Assembly: GCA_002730095.1 (NCBI GenBank) | Contig: PBZE01000019.1 | Coordinates: 9,071 to 73,070 of the forward strand | Direction of reading: 5' to 3' | DNA from: Methanobacteriota archaeon | GTDB taxonomy: Archaea; Thermoplasmatota; Poseidoniia; Poseidoniales; Thalassarchaeaceae | Length of the DNA stretch: 64,000 bases | In this document: positions 1 through 9,728 of the stretch, in pieces | How the letters are laid out: each line of letters starts with the position of its first letter | How positions within the stretch are numbered: the first letter of the stretch is position 1 | Notes under the pieces: generated by a model | The model's database searches: none | What the model was told of the DNA's origin: nothing | Seen by the model: only the letters and a program-made list of their open reading frames with translations | Made by a program: the position numbers and the translations under genes

Positions 1-439
1 CTGAAATTTCTTCACTTATATTTCCCCTGCATATTCCCTTAGCAATAATCGTTCTTCCACCGATGACCAGAACTGATACGGCTCTGTACTCACATCCTTT
101 CATGCTTTTGCCACTCATCAAACGCAGTATTCCATCGACTCCAATTTTCCTGAAAACGAATGATGAGTAGCTACCCGGAAACCCATTCAGCGAATCAATG
201 AATAGTCCCGAATCCTCTACAAGAATTGCACAATCTGATTTTTCCGACTCAGGAATCATCGCTATTGCTTGATCTGCCTTGAAAATTGCTATTTTCTCCA
301 GATCGTCAAATTGGGGCTCGATTAGTTCTGGAATACTACCATCGATCATCATTTGCTCTACTTCCATGCCTAATGGTTTGAGATACCTTTTTGCCTCTTC
401 CAATTTATTGGAATTTCCAGTAACAAAGATCACTCTCAT
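1..439 (-). CDS. Non-canonical purine NTP pyrophosphatase (Ham1/RdgB/ITPase family), 3' end truncated by the window edge
   Basis: The minus-strand translation begins MRVIFVTGNSNKLEEAKRYL and continues PGSYSSFVFRK, which is the typical Ham1 N-terminus with its TGNxxK motif. The start ATG is at the complement of 437-439. This ORF is not in the supplied track because it runs off the window. Confidence 0.7.
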   Translation of the reverse strand, partial: MRVIFVTGNSNKLEEAKRYLKPLGMEVEQMMIDGSIPELIEPQFDDLEKIAIFKADQAIAMIPESEKSDCAILVEDSGLFIDSLNGFPGSYSSFVFRKIGVDGILRLMSGKSMKGCEYRAVSVLVIGGRTIIAKGICRGNISEEIS

Positions 440-443
440 CCTA

Positions 444-1106
444 CTACCCCAGGTACCTTACTCTATTCCTAATATCATTGAATCTCGAAATTACGGATTC
501 TGCGCTTGGCGTGATGGTTGGTGTTGATGCCTTTCTATAGCCAGAGATCACCATCTCTATTGCACCGTCGAAATCGGAGTGGCTTGCTGATAGGCACTCA
601 TTCAATACCTGTAAATCTTGACCAAAATGCTCTAATTCGGCAGATATCCTAGATAGTCCGAAGTCCAATAGTGATATTTTACGATTCGCGTCTATCATGA
701 TATTATGAGTTGTTAGATCCCCATGTGAGAAACCGAGCTCATGTAGATTCCTTATCGTATGACCGACCATTTCCAATTCTTTTTCAGAGACTGATTCATT
801 GATTAGTGACTCATAAATCGGTATTCCGTTGATTCTCGAAAGTACCATCCAACCTGCTTCCAAGTCTAATTCCAATAGTCTTGGAGACGGGAAGTTATTC
901 GGTTGAAGCCTTGAGAGTATCTTTGCCTCAACAGAAATTCTGCTTTTGGTCAGCCTGGCATCCAGTTGTGGATGCCTGTAACCCCTTTTCCTCCTAGCCT
1001 TCAAAACTGCTGGGATTCCCAGCCATAGGCCAGAGGTCACCCTTGCTTCTGCTCCCTCATGGATTATTTCAGACTCATTCCAATACTGAAAATGGAGCCC
1101 CGCCAT
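444..1106 (-). CDS. bud32: Kae1-associated serine/threonine protein kinase Bud32 (RIO-type)
   Basis: This is a 220-aa small atypical kinase. Motifs HGDLTTHNIMID and LLDFGLS match the Bud32/PRPK family (KEOPS subunit). Confidence 0.8.
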   Translation of the reverse strand: MAGLHFQYWNESEIIHEGAEARVTSGLWLGIPAVLKARRKRGYRHPQLDARLTKSRISVEAKILSRLQPNNFPSPRLLELDLEAGWMVLSRINGIPIYESLINESVSEKELEMVGHTIRNLHELGFSHGDLTTHNIMIDANRKISLLDFGLSRISAELEHFGQDLQVLNECLSASHSDFDGAIEMVISGYRKASTPTITPSAESVISRFNDIRNRVRYLG

Positions 1107-1166
1107 GGTTGCGGGAAGTCACATACCTTGAAAGCGATTCCACTGGAGCGGAGATTAGGGATTGCT

Positions 1167-2246
1167 ATGCAGATGCCAAGGGTTCCTTCACCGAGAGGAT
1201 CCATAGAGCCCAAGATTTTCACATCTGAAGAGCTCGAAAGGGAGGCTCAACGTCTCTTTCAATCGATTGGACAGAGAGAACGTTGGGATATGCGAATTTG
1301 CAGGGCTATTTCTCCATTAACTTTGGAAATAAACGAACTGAAGAAAGAGAAGAACGTGTTCTTAATTGCTCATTCCTATCAAACTCCAGACATTGTGTAT
1401 GGAGTAGCTGATTCTGTCTCAGATAGTTACACATTATCCAAAGCAGCCAGAGATGCCCCTGAAGAAACGATTCTTTTCTCTAGTGTCCGTTTTATGGCAG
1501 AGACTGCAAAGATTGTCAGCCCTCATAAAACGATTTTACATCCTTCACCTGAAGCAGGTTGCTCATTGAGTGATGGCATTACCCCAGAAGACGTCATAGA
1601 GCTAAGGAAGAAATACCCCGGGGTTCCTGTTGCATGTTACATCAATACTACTGCAGCAGTGAAGGCAGAGTGTGATGTTTGTGTCACAAGTAGTAACTAT
1701 CTCAGAATTTGTGAGAGATTACCAGGGGACAGGCTGATTTTCGTTCCAGACAGATTCATGGGAAAACATGTTCAAAAGCACCTCCTCGGAAAGAAAGAGG
1801 TGATAGTTTTTGATGGAGAATGCGAAGTCCATGCTGAGTTCACCGGAGATAAGGTTATTTCGTGGAGAAATAGAATGGCGTCCCATGGTGTAGATTTGCA
1901 AGTTCTTTCTCACCCTGAATGCGATTCTGGAGTTCTAGAAGAGAGTGATTTTGTTGGTAGCAGCGAGCTTCTGATGAAAGAGGCTATGCGACTTGCCTCC
2001 GAAGGAAAGCCTGACATCATGCTGATTACAGAGTGTGGAACCGCTGAGAGGATTCTTGCTGAAAGCGAGGATGAAATTAACTTACTAGGAGCGTGTGTAA
2101 TGTGTAGACACATGAAGAGGACTCAGCTAGAAGATATTCTTCAAGCATTGAGGGATCCTAGTCCCGAACAAATCATAGAGATCGATGATAGTGTCATAAA
2201 GAGAGCTAGTAAATCACTGGACGAAATGTTTAGGCTGGCTGAATAG
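1167..2246 (+). CDS. nadA: Quinolinate synthase NadA
   Basis: Motifs IAHSYQ, VRFMAETAKI and CYINTTAAVKAECDVCVTSSN match NadA. The ORF opens at 1059 but overlaps the divergent bud32 start. The Met at 1167 or 1173 (MQMPR) is the more likely start, so the start is uncertain. Confidence 0.8.
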   Translation: MQMPRVPSPRGSIEPKIFTSEELEREAQRLFQSIGQRERWDMRICRAISPLTLEINELKKEKNVFLIAHSYQTPDIVYGVADSVSDSYTLSKAARDAPEETILFSSVRFMAETAKIVSPHKTILHPSPEAGCSLSDGITPEDVIELRKKYPGVPVACYINTTAAVKAECDVCVTSSNYLRICERLPGDRLIFVPDRFMGKHVQKHLLGKKEVIVFDGECEVHAEFTGDKVISWRNRMASHGVDLQVLSHPECDSGVLEESDFVGSSELLMKEAMRLASEGKPDIMLITECGTAERILAESEDEINLLGACVMCRHMKRTQLEDILQALRDPSPEQIIEIDDSVIKRASKSLDEMFRLAE

Positions 2247-2251
2247 AAGAG

Positions 2252-4360
2252 TCATCCCTCAGTCTGCCTCTGTCTCGCCCATGTGAAGACAAGTGGGATC
2301 ATTAGAACTACTGATGCCTGTAGAAGAACAGAAGAATATGGCTCAAATGTCTCTTCCATATCATACCACTTCAATTCTGCCTCTCCATCGATTCCCGATT
2401 CAATCCAGCCTACTCCGCCCACAGTAACCTGCGGACTTGAGTGGCTCTCTTGATCATCAAAAGTGAGTTGTCTAGTTTGATTTAGATCAATTTGGTAAAT
2501 GAATACTTGTGGGGCCTCAGACTGTTCTGGACTGGTCGAACCGGGTTGAAATCTTGGAATCTGCAAGAATGCGACATTACCATGTCCTATGCTCGGGGAG
2601 GATGATTCCCAAAGAGGATTGGAGATTAATGTCTGCATACCTGAAATAGTATCTACGAAGACGGTTCTCTTTATTGGTCCTATATCTACAACTGCAGCAA
2701 TTGACTGCCCGTCCACAGATATGTCTACGACGCTTGCATTGGAGTAGTTGACATCGATCCCTGACTCCTCCATTAGGAATTCATCTTGATCTTCATTGGC
2801 CTCCACATTCAAGTAAACAGAAGTTTCAGACGTTGTTCCCGTAAGGAATGATGAGTATACCGTGGGACCAGATGTATCGTTTTTCAAGGACCATGCTATC
2901 GAGTTTCCAGAAACCTCTAGAGTTTCTAAATCTGGTGGGATGCCCTCTAAATCCGATATTTCTTGCTCATAGTTCATCGAAATAGTACTATCTTCAGTAA
3001 CGATCACAATCATCGGCCCTCCGTCTTGATCTTGACCGATATCAGACATTTCGATTACGAAATCGGTTTCGACAGAATAGACTGGCGAATAGGGATCTGT
3101 AATCGACTCCAAGTCATATAGATCGATTCTAGATTTATTATTCAGTAGCAAATACGGACCTGAAATTGAGATACTTGGCTCCTCAATCCAATTGGGGCCG
3201 GACAGTACTACTGCATCTCTAGAATTCTCCATACTGATATTCAAGGCAGAGACCTCAATGTCGTCTATTCCATCCATTTGTGGGTCGACCTCGATTCCGA
3301 TTAGCCAATCATCGGACCCAGCAGCTGATGTTGGCCATTCAACCCCTTCCACGGGAAACTCTTGATGTGTTGCGTCCCACAATAGAACTAGTCCCGTAGA
3401 TAGTAGAAGTGCAGCAATGAATACGCTGGTCTGCTTACTCCCTGGCTCTTTGAGAGGAGAAATCCTCTCGTTCAGAAGAGTCTTGAATCCGCTGAAGAAT
3501 GCCCTGGGATCATCAATTAGCCTTGCTAGCTTGCGTGTGAAAAGCCTCTCATCTGCTAATGTCCAAATTCCTTTTTGGGTTCTTTCGGTTACTGCGACTG
3601 AAGCTACTGCCACAATCATCCCTCCAAGAATATCCATTACCCAATGAATTCCGAGATAAATGATTGAGAAAGCGGTAAGAGCGATAAAGACCACTAGAAG
3701 CCTTCTGAACTTCATCCATCTGCCATCTTCATCCCATCTAGTCATAGTCAGCCAGATTGCGAATGGCAAACCTATGTGCAGACTGGGCATCCCATTGGTA
3801 AATGGATCGATTCTCGTGAACCAGTTGTGAATCTCCGGTGTCAGATCGTAAGCGACTGTTTCCATCAGTGGAATATAGTCACCTGTTACCCTCACATTGA
3901 AGAATAAGTAGAACGGGATTGCTAGAACATATACCCAAAACATCGACAATGATACCCTATCTGCCATATGTCGATCATCGAAGTATATCGGGTAAACAAA
4001 TGATGCGAAAGTAACCGTCATGAATCCCATGACATAGAAATGGGTCAGGATAACGTCCAGTAATGATGTCCTGAATGCCTCTTGAATCCACAATACAATA
4101 TCGCCCTCGATTGCATACACATATGGAGTCATGTCCAGCTGGGTGTTTGCCATTAATACCCTGTCTAAACCATCGAGAATATCTTTCCAAAGATATACCG
4201 AGAAAACGACTATCATGTGTGCCCAATATCTTCTGAACATATCGATGAAGCCTTCTATCCTAACTTTCGTATATGGTGGCTTGAAAATTGGCATCATCGC
4301 AATACTAAGCAATATTGCCCCTGTTATCCAAGTGATGTAGATTCCACTGCCAACAGCCAT
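2252..4360 (-). CDS. Membrane protein: N-terminal PAP2-superfamily lipid phosphatase-like domain fused to a large acidic extracellular region, with a C-terminal TM anchor
   Basis: The N-terminal ~270 aa is multi-TM and carries PSLH, then about 40 aa later GIHWVMD (the PAP2 PSGH and SRx5Hx3D-like motifs). A ~430-aa D/E/S/T-rich region follows. The C-terminus has a hydrophobic helix followed by RQRQTEG. Confidence 0.55.
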   Translation of the reverse strand: MAVGSGIYITWITGAILLSIAMMPIFKPPYTKVRIEGFIDMFRRYWAHMIVVFSVYLWKDILDGLDRVLMANTQLDMTPYVYAIEGDIVLWIQEAFRTSLLDVILTHFYVMGFMTVTFASFVYPIYFDDRHMADRVSLSMFWVYVLAIPFYLFFNVRVTGDYIPLMETVAYDLTPEIHNWFTRIDPFTNGMPSLHIGLPFAIWLTMTRWDEDGRWMKFRRLLVVFIALTAFSIIYLGIHWVMDILGGMIVAVASVAVTERTQKGIWTLADERLFTRKLARLIDDPRAFFSGFKTLLNERISPLKEPGSKQTSVFIAALLLSTGLVLLWDATHQEFPVEGVEWPTSAAGSDDWLIGIEVDPQMDGIDDIEVSALNISMENSRDAVVLSGPNWIEEPSISISGPYLLLNNKSRIDLYDLESITDPYSPVYSVETDFVIEMSDIGQDQDGGPMIVIVTEDSTISMNYEQEISDLEGIPPDLETLEVSGNSIAWSLKNDTSGPTVYSSFLTGTTSETSVYLNVEANEDQDEFLMEESGIDVNYSNASVVDISVDGQSIAAVVDIGPIKRTVFVDTISGMQTLISNPLWESSSPSIGHGNVAFLQIPRFQPGSTSPEQSEAPQVFIYQIDLNQTRQLTFDDQESHSSPQVTVGGVGWIESGIDGEAELKWYDMEETFEPYSSVLLQASVVLMIPLVFTWARQRQTEG

Positions 4361-4417
4361 ATCAATATCCTCCGAGAGGCATGTTTGAAATGAATTCGAC
4401 CCTAAAATTCACTCTTT

Positions 4418-5422
4418 TTAGGTGATCTTTACGTTGTGGCTATTACGGTTATCTAGTGAAATCAGAATCTCATCCACCACTCCACTGAAGGCTAGAGCTG
4501 TTTCTCCATCTGGATCTGCAACAATCCTATGCACGCCATCATCGCCGCCTCTGACAACTCCGGGGTCAAAAGGAAGTCTTCCCAAAAATGGTACTTCCAA
4601 ATCGTGAGCCGATTCTTCCCCTCCTCCAGATTTGAAGAGATCTAATCTGGCAGTCCAAGAACCATCCTCAGATGCAGTGATATTGATTGGGAGTCCATTC
4701 GGGCCAGTTAGGGAGAATTCAGCACCTGGGCTCGCGTTTCCTGAAATTTTGTAACCGCTCATATTCTCAACTACTCCAAGGACTGGTACAGAAATTGTTT
4801 TTGCGAAATTAATTGATTTTCGACTATCCAGCAGAGCTACTTCCTGTGGAGTGGTAACAATCACTACTCCGTCCAAGTTGGGAAGGGTCTGACTGACAGT
4901 GAGAGGTTCATCTCCAGTCCCTGGAGGAAAGTCGATGACAAGTGCATCCAAATCTCCCCACGCGACATCTCCGATAAATTGTTGAATTGCTCCCAACTTG
5001 ATTGGACCTCTCCAGATTACTGGCTTATCGGGATCCTCAATAAGGAATGCCATCGAGATGACTTTTATCCCGTGTGGACCGATAGCAGGGAAAATCTGAC
5101 CATCTTCTATATGCAACTCAGTACCTTCTAATCCTAGCATTTTAGGTACATTTGGACCGGTTATATCAATATCCATTAGTCCCACTTTCTTTCCCATCTT
5201 CGCTAAAGAAAGAGCTATTCCAGTAGCCACAGTGGTTTTTCCAACGCCCCCCTTTCCAGAAAGAACCATGATTTTATGCTTTATTGACTCACTCATCTTT
5301 GACATTCTCATTTTTCTTTGCATCTGCTGATACGCCTGTTCCATCTGGGCTCTCTGGTTCGAGTTTGCCTCTTGATCAGGAGGCGATTCGGGTGAATGAT
5401 GAGACACTGGAGAGCCTACCAT
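4418..5422 (-). CDS. apbC: Mrp/ApbC/NBP35-family P-loop ATPase (Fe-S cluster carrier)
   Basis: It has a deviant Walker A motif (KIMVLSGKGGVGKTTVA) and a CxxC-type region. The N-terminus carries a Q/M-rich extension. Confidence 0.8.
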   Translation of the reverse strand: MVGSPVSHHSPESPPDQEANSNQRAQMEQAYQQMQRKMRMSKMSESIKHKIMVLSGKGGVGKTTVATGIALSLAKMGKKVGLMDIDITGPNVPKMLGLEGTELHIEDGQIFPAIGPHGIKVISMAFLIEDPDKPVIWRGPIKLGAIQQFIGDVAWGDLDALVIDFPPGTGDEPLTVSQTLPNLDGVVIVTTPQEVALLDSRKSINFAKTISVPVLGVVENMSGYKISGNASPGAEFSLTGPNGLPINITASEDGSWTARLDLFKSGGGEESAHDLEVPFLGRLPFDPGVVRGGDDGVHRIVADPDGETALAFSGVVDEILISLDNRNSHNVKIT

Positions 5423-5524
5423 GATGTATGGCGGAGGAGGAGATACTTCAATGCTATTCTAACTTAATTAGTAAAATAATACTATATGGATTGCATTAAT
5501 TTAGTGCGATTAATTCCGTTAGTC

Positions 5525-5902
5525 ATGAAGCTACTGTTCGTGTGTGTTGGGAATACGTGCAGAAGTCAAATCGCCGAGGCAGTTGCCAAGAGTCTGGGGC
5601 ATGATGCGATCTCGGCTGGGACGCATCCTGGACGAAAGGTGAACATCAACGCTACAAGGGTCCTTGAAGAAGCTGGAGTGGATTGTTCCGATCTTTATCC
5701 CAAGTCGTTAGATGATATTGATACTTCGGGACATGATATGATAATCAGCATGGGATGTGGAGTAGAGTGCCCCGGTCTTCCTATCGATCAGGACTGGGGG
5801 TTGGAGGACCCACTTGGAAAGTCGCTTGAATTCTACAGATTCACAATGCACACAATCACAGAATTAGTCAAAGAGGCAATCAGGGAATGGACCGACGCTT
5901 AG
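5525..5902 (+). CDS. Low-molecular-weight protein-tyrosine phosphatase / ArsC-like arsenate reductase
   Basis: The sequence LLFVCVGNTCRSQIAEA matches the CX5R P-loop of the LMW-PTP family. The ORF opens at 5486 and the likely start is MKLLF at 5525. Confidence 0.7.
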   Translation: MKLLFVCVGNTCRSQIAEAVAKSLGHDAISAGTHPGRKVNINATRVLEEAGVDCSDLYPKSLDDIDTSGHDMIISMGCGVECPGLPIDQDWGLEDPLGKSLEFYRFTMHTITELVKEAIREWTDA

Positions 5903-5931
5903 AAAAGCGATTCTGGTTTCCCTAGACACAT

Positions 5932-6006
5932 ACGAGTGTAGTGTAGTGGTTATCACCCGGCGTTGCCAACGCCGGAACCCGGGTTCAAATCCCGGCACTC
6001 GTACCA
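5932..6006 (+). tRNA. tRNA-Gly (anticodon GCC) with genomically encoded 3' CCA
   Basis: Cloverleaf folded by hand. The acceptor stem ACGAGTG pairs with CACTCGT. The anticodon stem CGGCG/CGCCG closes a loop TTGCCAA, giving anticodon GCC. The T-arm is CCGGG-TTCAAAT-CCCGG, the discriminator is A, and CCA lies at 6004-6006. Confidence 0.85.
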
Positions 6007-6009
6007 TAT

Positions 6010-9000
6010 TCAATCAAAGTCGGACTTTCTAATCTGCAGAATCACTGCTGCCATGCCGATAAGAAGAATTGAAAATGAGGAAATTAGTATGATTGTTGAG
6101 AAATTTTGAGATAGCCAGCTCGAGTCACCGGTGCAGCATTCCGAGTATTGTACCGATAATATGTACCCCTGGTTCTCAGGAGGAGTAGATGAGATGAAAA
6201 TATCTGTAGCTCGAATATTAATCTCCAATTCTCCCTCTGGGATTGTTGATCTAGCATCGAAATTCAATGAGTATATTCCGTCTCCAGCGACTCTATCGCC
6301 CGATGTTCCGTCGTCGACCATCAACAACCATTGCTCTGACTTGCCTATATCAGCAAGTCTTCCTATCATCGCCTGAACCGAAGAAACTCCATCAGGATCA
6401 GAAACCGCTACTTCCATGTGGTGAGTCAGTTGCCCTCCACTATTGGAAACAAGCACCGGGTGAAAGAATTCTCCTTGCTCATTCTGATAGGTGAGAGGGG
6501 CTCCGTCTCTCCAAATCTCAAGTGATGTTATCGTGGGATATTCGTTATTTATCACCAAAGATGGCATTGTCTCGATATTATTTGAGAAAACCTCTGCCCC
6601 TTGTGAATCAGATAAACGGAGTGGAATTACTCTCTCACCAGGAGGAATTGTATATGGAATTCTAAACTCTCCTGACCAGATTCCTGATGAATCTGAATAG
6701 GACAAATTGAACATTTCACCCCCTACGCTCAAAAGATCTACCGATACTGAACTAACGCCATGGCCATCTACTGCCTCCACTGAAATTCCCAATGTCTGCC
6801 CTCTGACTGCTGACTGATCGGAGAATTGAATTGAGTTGACCCTTGGAGGAAGATTATCCACGAAAATTTCTCCATTTTCAATAACTTGGGTCCAATAGTC
6901 ATTAATGATCACAGGTATGGAGAATTGACCGAATTGAAGTCCGTCATAGTTAATGATGGAAGTCCATACATCATCCCGAATTGTCGTATCTCCCGATAAT
7001 CCACTATCAGAGAGTGTGATCTGTCCAAGACCAATGGAAGACATGTCCACAATGACTGAAACAACGTCCGTGTCTATGTCCTCGATCATTACTTCGATAT
7101 GCGAGACCCCGCCTTCGGTATGCAAGAATCCCTCTCTGAACGAAATGGAAAGTAGGGAAGGAGGGGTGTTCTCATCAGGAGTAATGATTGTTGGATAAAG
7201 CACCCTGTCCACTTTCTGATATTCCATGAATGTCATACCTGATGATGAGTTTCCTTCCTGTCCCGTCAGTGAAACCCACCTATTTACCTCAAACAAAAGT
7301 CCTGAGAGGGGACCTTCGTTAACGAAGAAGCCAGAAGCTGAAATATCTCCGAAGTCTAGATTACCCGCCCACTCAGCGACTTCTACTAGGTGCCCGTCCA
7401 TTACCTTCTCGGAAATTGACAGAATAAAGACCTCTAGAATATTGGAAGGGTTGGCGAACAACACGAAGGCGTCACCGGGCACTACTACACTGGGAGAAGC
7501 CCCGCTTTCTCTTGAAATTTGATTAGATATCAAGGGGCTCGCTTGGGGCCTGGAAGGTTGCTCAATAATTGGAGAATCTGGTGGGAATTCATCAGATACT
7601 GTGCCATTGTCCTCGACATATTGGATCCTTACTGTTCTATTGAGCCAGTCTTGTTGAGGGACGGTAAACTCGTACGTCAAATTATGCTCGGCACCGAATT
7701 CTTGAGAAATTGGGCCGAATGGAGTAGCAGAAACATTCCACCAGAACTCATTCTGAATCTTGTCAACTTCGTATGGAACCCCTTCAGAATTTTGCTGCAC
7801 TCCAGAGTCAACTATCTGTCTCACCAATCCAAAACTCCCCTCGATGTCTCCATCATAAGTTCCATCCACAATAATGGTATCAGAGACTGTCTCTCCTCCA
7901 TTGGACTCAATATGGACAATTGGAATTGTTCCGTTAACATCTATGTTGAAGTCGTCATCTCTAATCTCAAAACCAAATTCTCCCCCTCCGAAAGCCCTGA
8001 ATAGCTGCTCTTCTCTGGTATCGTCAGACCATCTCTCTCTGATGATCAGATCATCCAGCTCGAAAGAGAAGAAATCGGACCCACCTGAGACCCTTATTGA
8101 TGCATTAGCATCTATCTGGAAATTCTGAATTCTTCTGAGTCCGTTTTCATCGAAGGATTCGAAATAGAAACTCTCTATCTGTCCAAATCCCCCCTCGGAG
8201 CTTTCATTATCCCCCCCATTAAATGACAGCCAGCCCCCACCTTCAATGGAGATCCTCTCTGTGAGGCTTCCATCAGTCCATGATCGGTTGACCAAAGCAC
8301 TAGTTACTGAAATCTGGGCCGAGAATCCTTCATCAAGTGACCCATCTGAATTACCTTCACTAAGAAACATGATGCCATTCCCTTGCATCTCGAAATCTTG
8401 AGAAGTCAGATCGTTACCGTCATACGACTCATTAAGCCATATTCTATCCAAATCCAGATCAAGAATGATTCCATTTTCGCCATTCATAGTGTTCATCCTC
8501 AGTGAGCCATTGCCAAGCTCGTTTGATTCCAGAACCTGCCCTGTTCTTTTCTGCCATCCCCTGCCTTCGAACTCGATGCTCTGTTCATCGGATTCGTCTC
8601 CCTCTAGCGACCAGAGTGTCTCCCTGGTTATCTCATGATCATCAATCGGCTGATTCCAATTGGTTACAGTTACTGATCTGCTACATACCGATTCTGTGCT
8701 AGAGAAGTCAACAAGGATTTTATGTCCAAACTCCGGTTCTGTATCTAACTCGATGTCGACCTCCCCTCCTGCGCTGATGTAAGAGACATTGACTGGGATT
8801 TGTTCGGAGAGATGATTATTGTGTGCGGAACTTATTGAAACGGCGGATGGGGCCTCACCTTGCTCGAATGGTGGATTGAAAATGACCTTGTACCTGTGAA
8901 TGTGGTGTAATGTGGCAATCTCGCCTTCATCATTGGGCTCCTGTAGCCAATTAACTTGGTAGTCCCAATCAACTAGAATATCACAGCTTCTCGATGAGGA

Positions 9001-9123
9001 TGATTGACCCGAAGCCAATACTGAGTGATTTCCAAGGAGGAGAATTGATGTTATCAGGAGAGAGATGCCGATTTTACCGGGCGACTCAGTCGTAGCTTGA
9101 ATATACATCCTACCATACGGCAA
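6010..9123 (-). CDS. Large secreted/surface protein (1037 aa), acidic and S/T/G-rich, with N-terminal signal peptide and C-terminal TM anchor
   Basis: An N-terminal hydrophobic signal ends ...VLASGQ. The body has high D/E/S/G/N content with recurring GG-E/D-F-x-F-E-like motifs. The C-terminus has a TM helix followed by QIRKSDFD. I recognise no catalytic motif. Confidence 0.6.
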   Translation of the reverse strand: MPYGRMYIQATTESPGKIGISLLITSILLLGNHSVLASGQSSSSRSCDILVDWDYQVNWLQEPNDEGEIATLHHIHRYKVIFNPPFEQGEAPSAVSISSAHNNHLSEQIPVNVSYISAGGEVDIELDTEPEFGHKILVDFSSTESVCSRSVTVTNWNQPIDDHEITRETLWSLEGDESDEQSIEFEGRGWQKRTGQVLESNELGNGSLRMNTMNGENGIILDLDLDRIWLNESYDGNDLTSQDFEMQGNGIMFLSEGNSDGSLDEGFSAQISVTSALVNRSWTDGSLTERISIEGGGWLSFNGGDNESSEGGFGQIESFYFESFDENGLRRIQNFQIDANASIRVSGGSDFFSFELDDLIIRERWSDDTREEQLFRAFGGGEFGFEIRDDDFNIDVNGTIPIVHIESNGGETVSDTIIVDGTYDGDIEGSFGLVRQIVDSGVQQNSEGVPYEVDKIQNEFWWNVSATPFGPISQEFGAEHNLTYEFTVPQQDWLNRTVRIQYVEDNGTVSDEFPPDSPIIEQPSRPQASPLISNQISRESGASPSVVVPGDAFVLFANPSNILEVFILSISEKVMDGHLVEVAEWAGNLDFGDISASGFFVNEGPLSGLLFEVNRWVSLTGQEGNSSSGMTFMEYQKVDRVLYPTIITPDENTPPSLLSISFREGFLHTEGGVSHIEVMIEDIDTDVVSVIVDMSSIGLGQITLSDSGLSGDTTIRDDVWTSIINYDGLQFGQFSIPVIINDYWTQVIENGEIFVDNLPPRVNSIQFSDQSAVRGQTLGISVEAVDGHGVSSVSVDLLSVGGEMFNLSYSDSSGIWSGEFRIPYTIPPGERVIPLRLSDSQGAEVFSNNIETMPSLVINNEYPTITSLEIWRDGAPLTYQNEQGEFFHPVLVSNSGGQLTHHMEVAVSDPDGVSSVQAMIGRLADIGKSEQWLLMVDDGTSGDRVAGDGIYSLNFDARSTIPEGELEINIRATDIFISSTPPENQGYILSVQYSECCTGDSSWLSQNFSTIILISSFSILLIGMAAVILQIRKSDFD

Positions 9124-9188
9124 TAGTTCGAATTGTTCAAGATATCCCCTACAAGGACTTACGACCTATTTAGTAACATAAGAGATTC

Positions 9189-9608
9189 TCAGAACAATGG
9201 CTCTTCATAGTCGTCGTCTTCACCAGATCTTTCCTTCCAGAGAGAGACCGGTACGTCATCGTAAACATCTGAGTATGGGTCCTTCTCTTTCTGATTCAAC
9301 AAAGCAGCCTCGGCCGCGGCTCTGGCGAACTCTTCCGCATTTGCCTTGAACTTCCAATAGTGAATTCTCCACTCTCTGCCATCCCATAATGTTGTTTCTT
9401 CGGATTCGGTGGTTAAGAGATCATAGTCTTGAAGTTGGTAGAACAGATTTCTGTCCGTAGGCTCAAGAGCGTTGTCGATAATCCTGTTTGAGAAACCGAA
9501 GAATCCGAGAGCGTGCTCTGCAATTGATTCGGCAACAACAACCTCCATGTCAGTATCTACCTTGCTCCTAATAGCTGAAGTAAGCTGAGCTAGTGTCAAT
9601 CCCATCAC
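9189..9608 (-). CDS. Hypothetical acidic cytoplasmic protein (139 aa)
   Basis: The ORF shows a clean coding pattern and an acidic C-terminal tail (DDDYEEPLF). I recognise no motif. Confidence 0.4.
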   Translation of the reverse strand: MMGLTLAQLTSAIRSKVDTDMEVVVAESIAEHALGFFGFSNRIIDNALEPTDRNLFYQLQDYDLLTTESEETTLWDGREWRIHYWKFKANAEEFARAAAEAALLNQKEKDPYSDVYDDVPVSLWKERSGEDDDYEEPLF

Positions 9609-9728
9609 ATTGCCCCCTAGACATGCCTACAGGGTAGGGGGCTCTATTTCAACGGTCTCTACAAACGCTCCCAAATTTGGCATTTTGACTTACGAAGTCA
9701 TTATTCTGTACAATGGAGGCGCAAATGC

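Noticed and set aside
279-527. 82-aa plus-strand ORF
   Set aside because: It overlaps the ham1 start and the bud32 end on the opposite strand and has no support.
6131-8128. Series of 66-161 aa plus-strand ORFs within the 1037-aa surface protein gene
   Set aside because: They are antisense shadow ORFs of a long gene with compositional bias. None has a motif or sensible boundaries.
5932-9123. Integrated mobile element at tRNA-Gly
   Set aside because: No integrase, transposase or obvious direct repeat of the tRNA 3' end is visible in the flanking sequence I could read. Kept only as a low-level note under findings.
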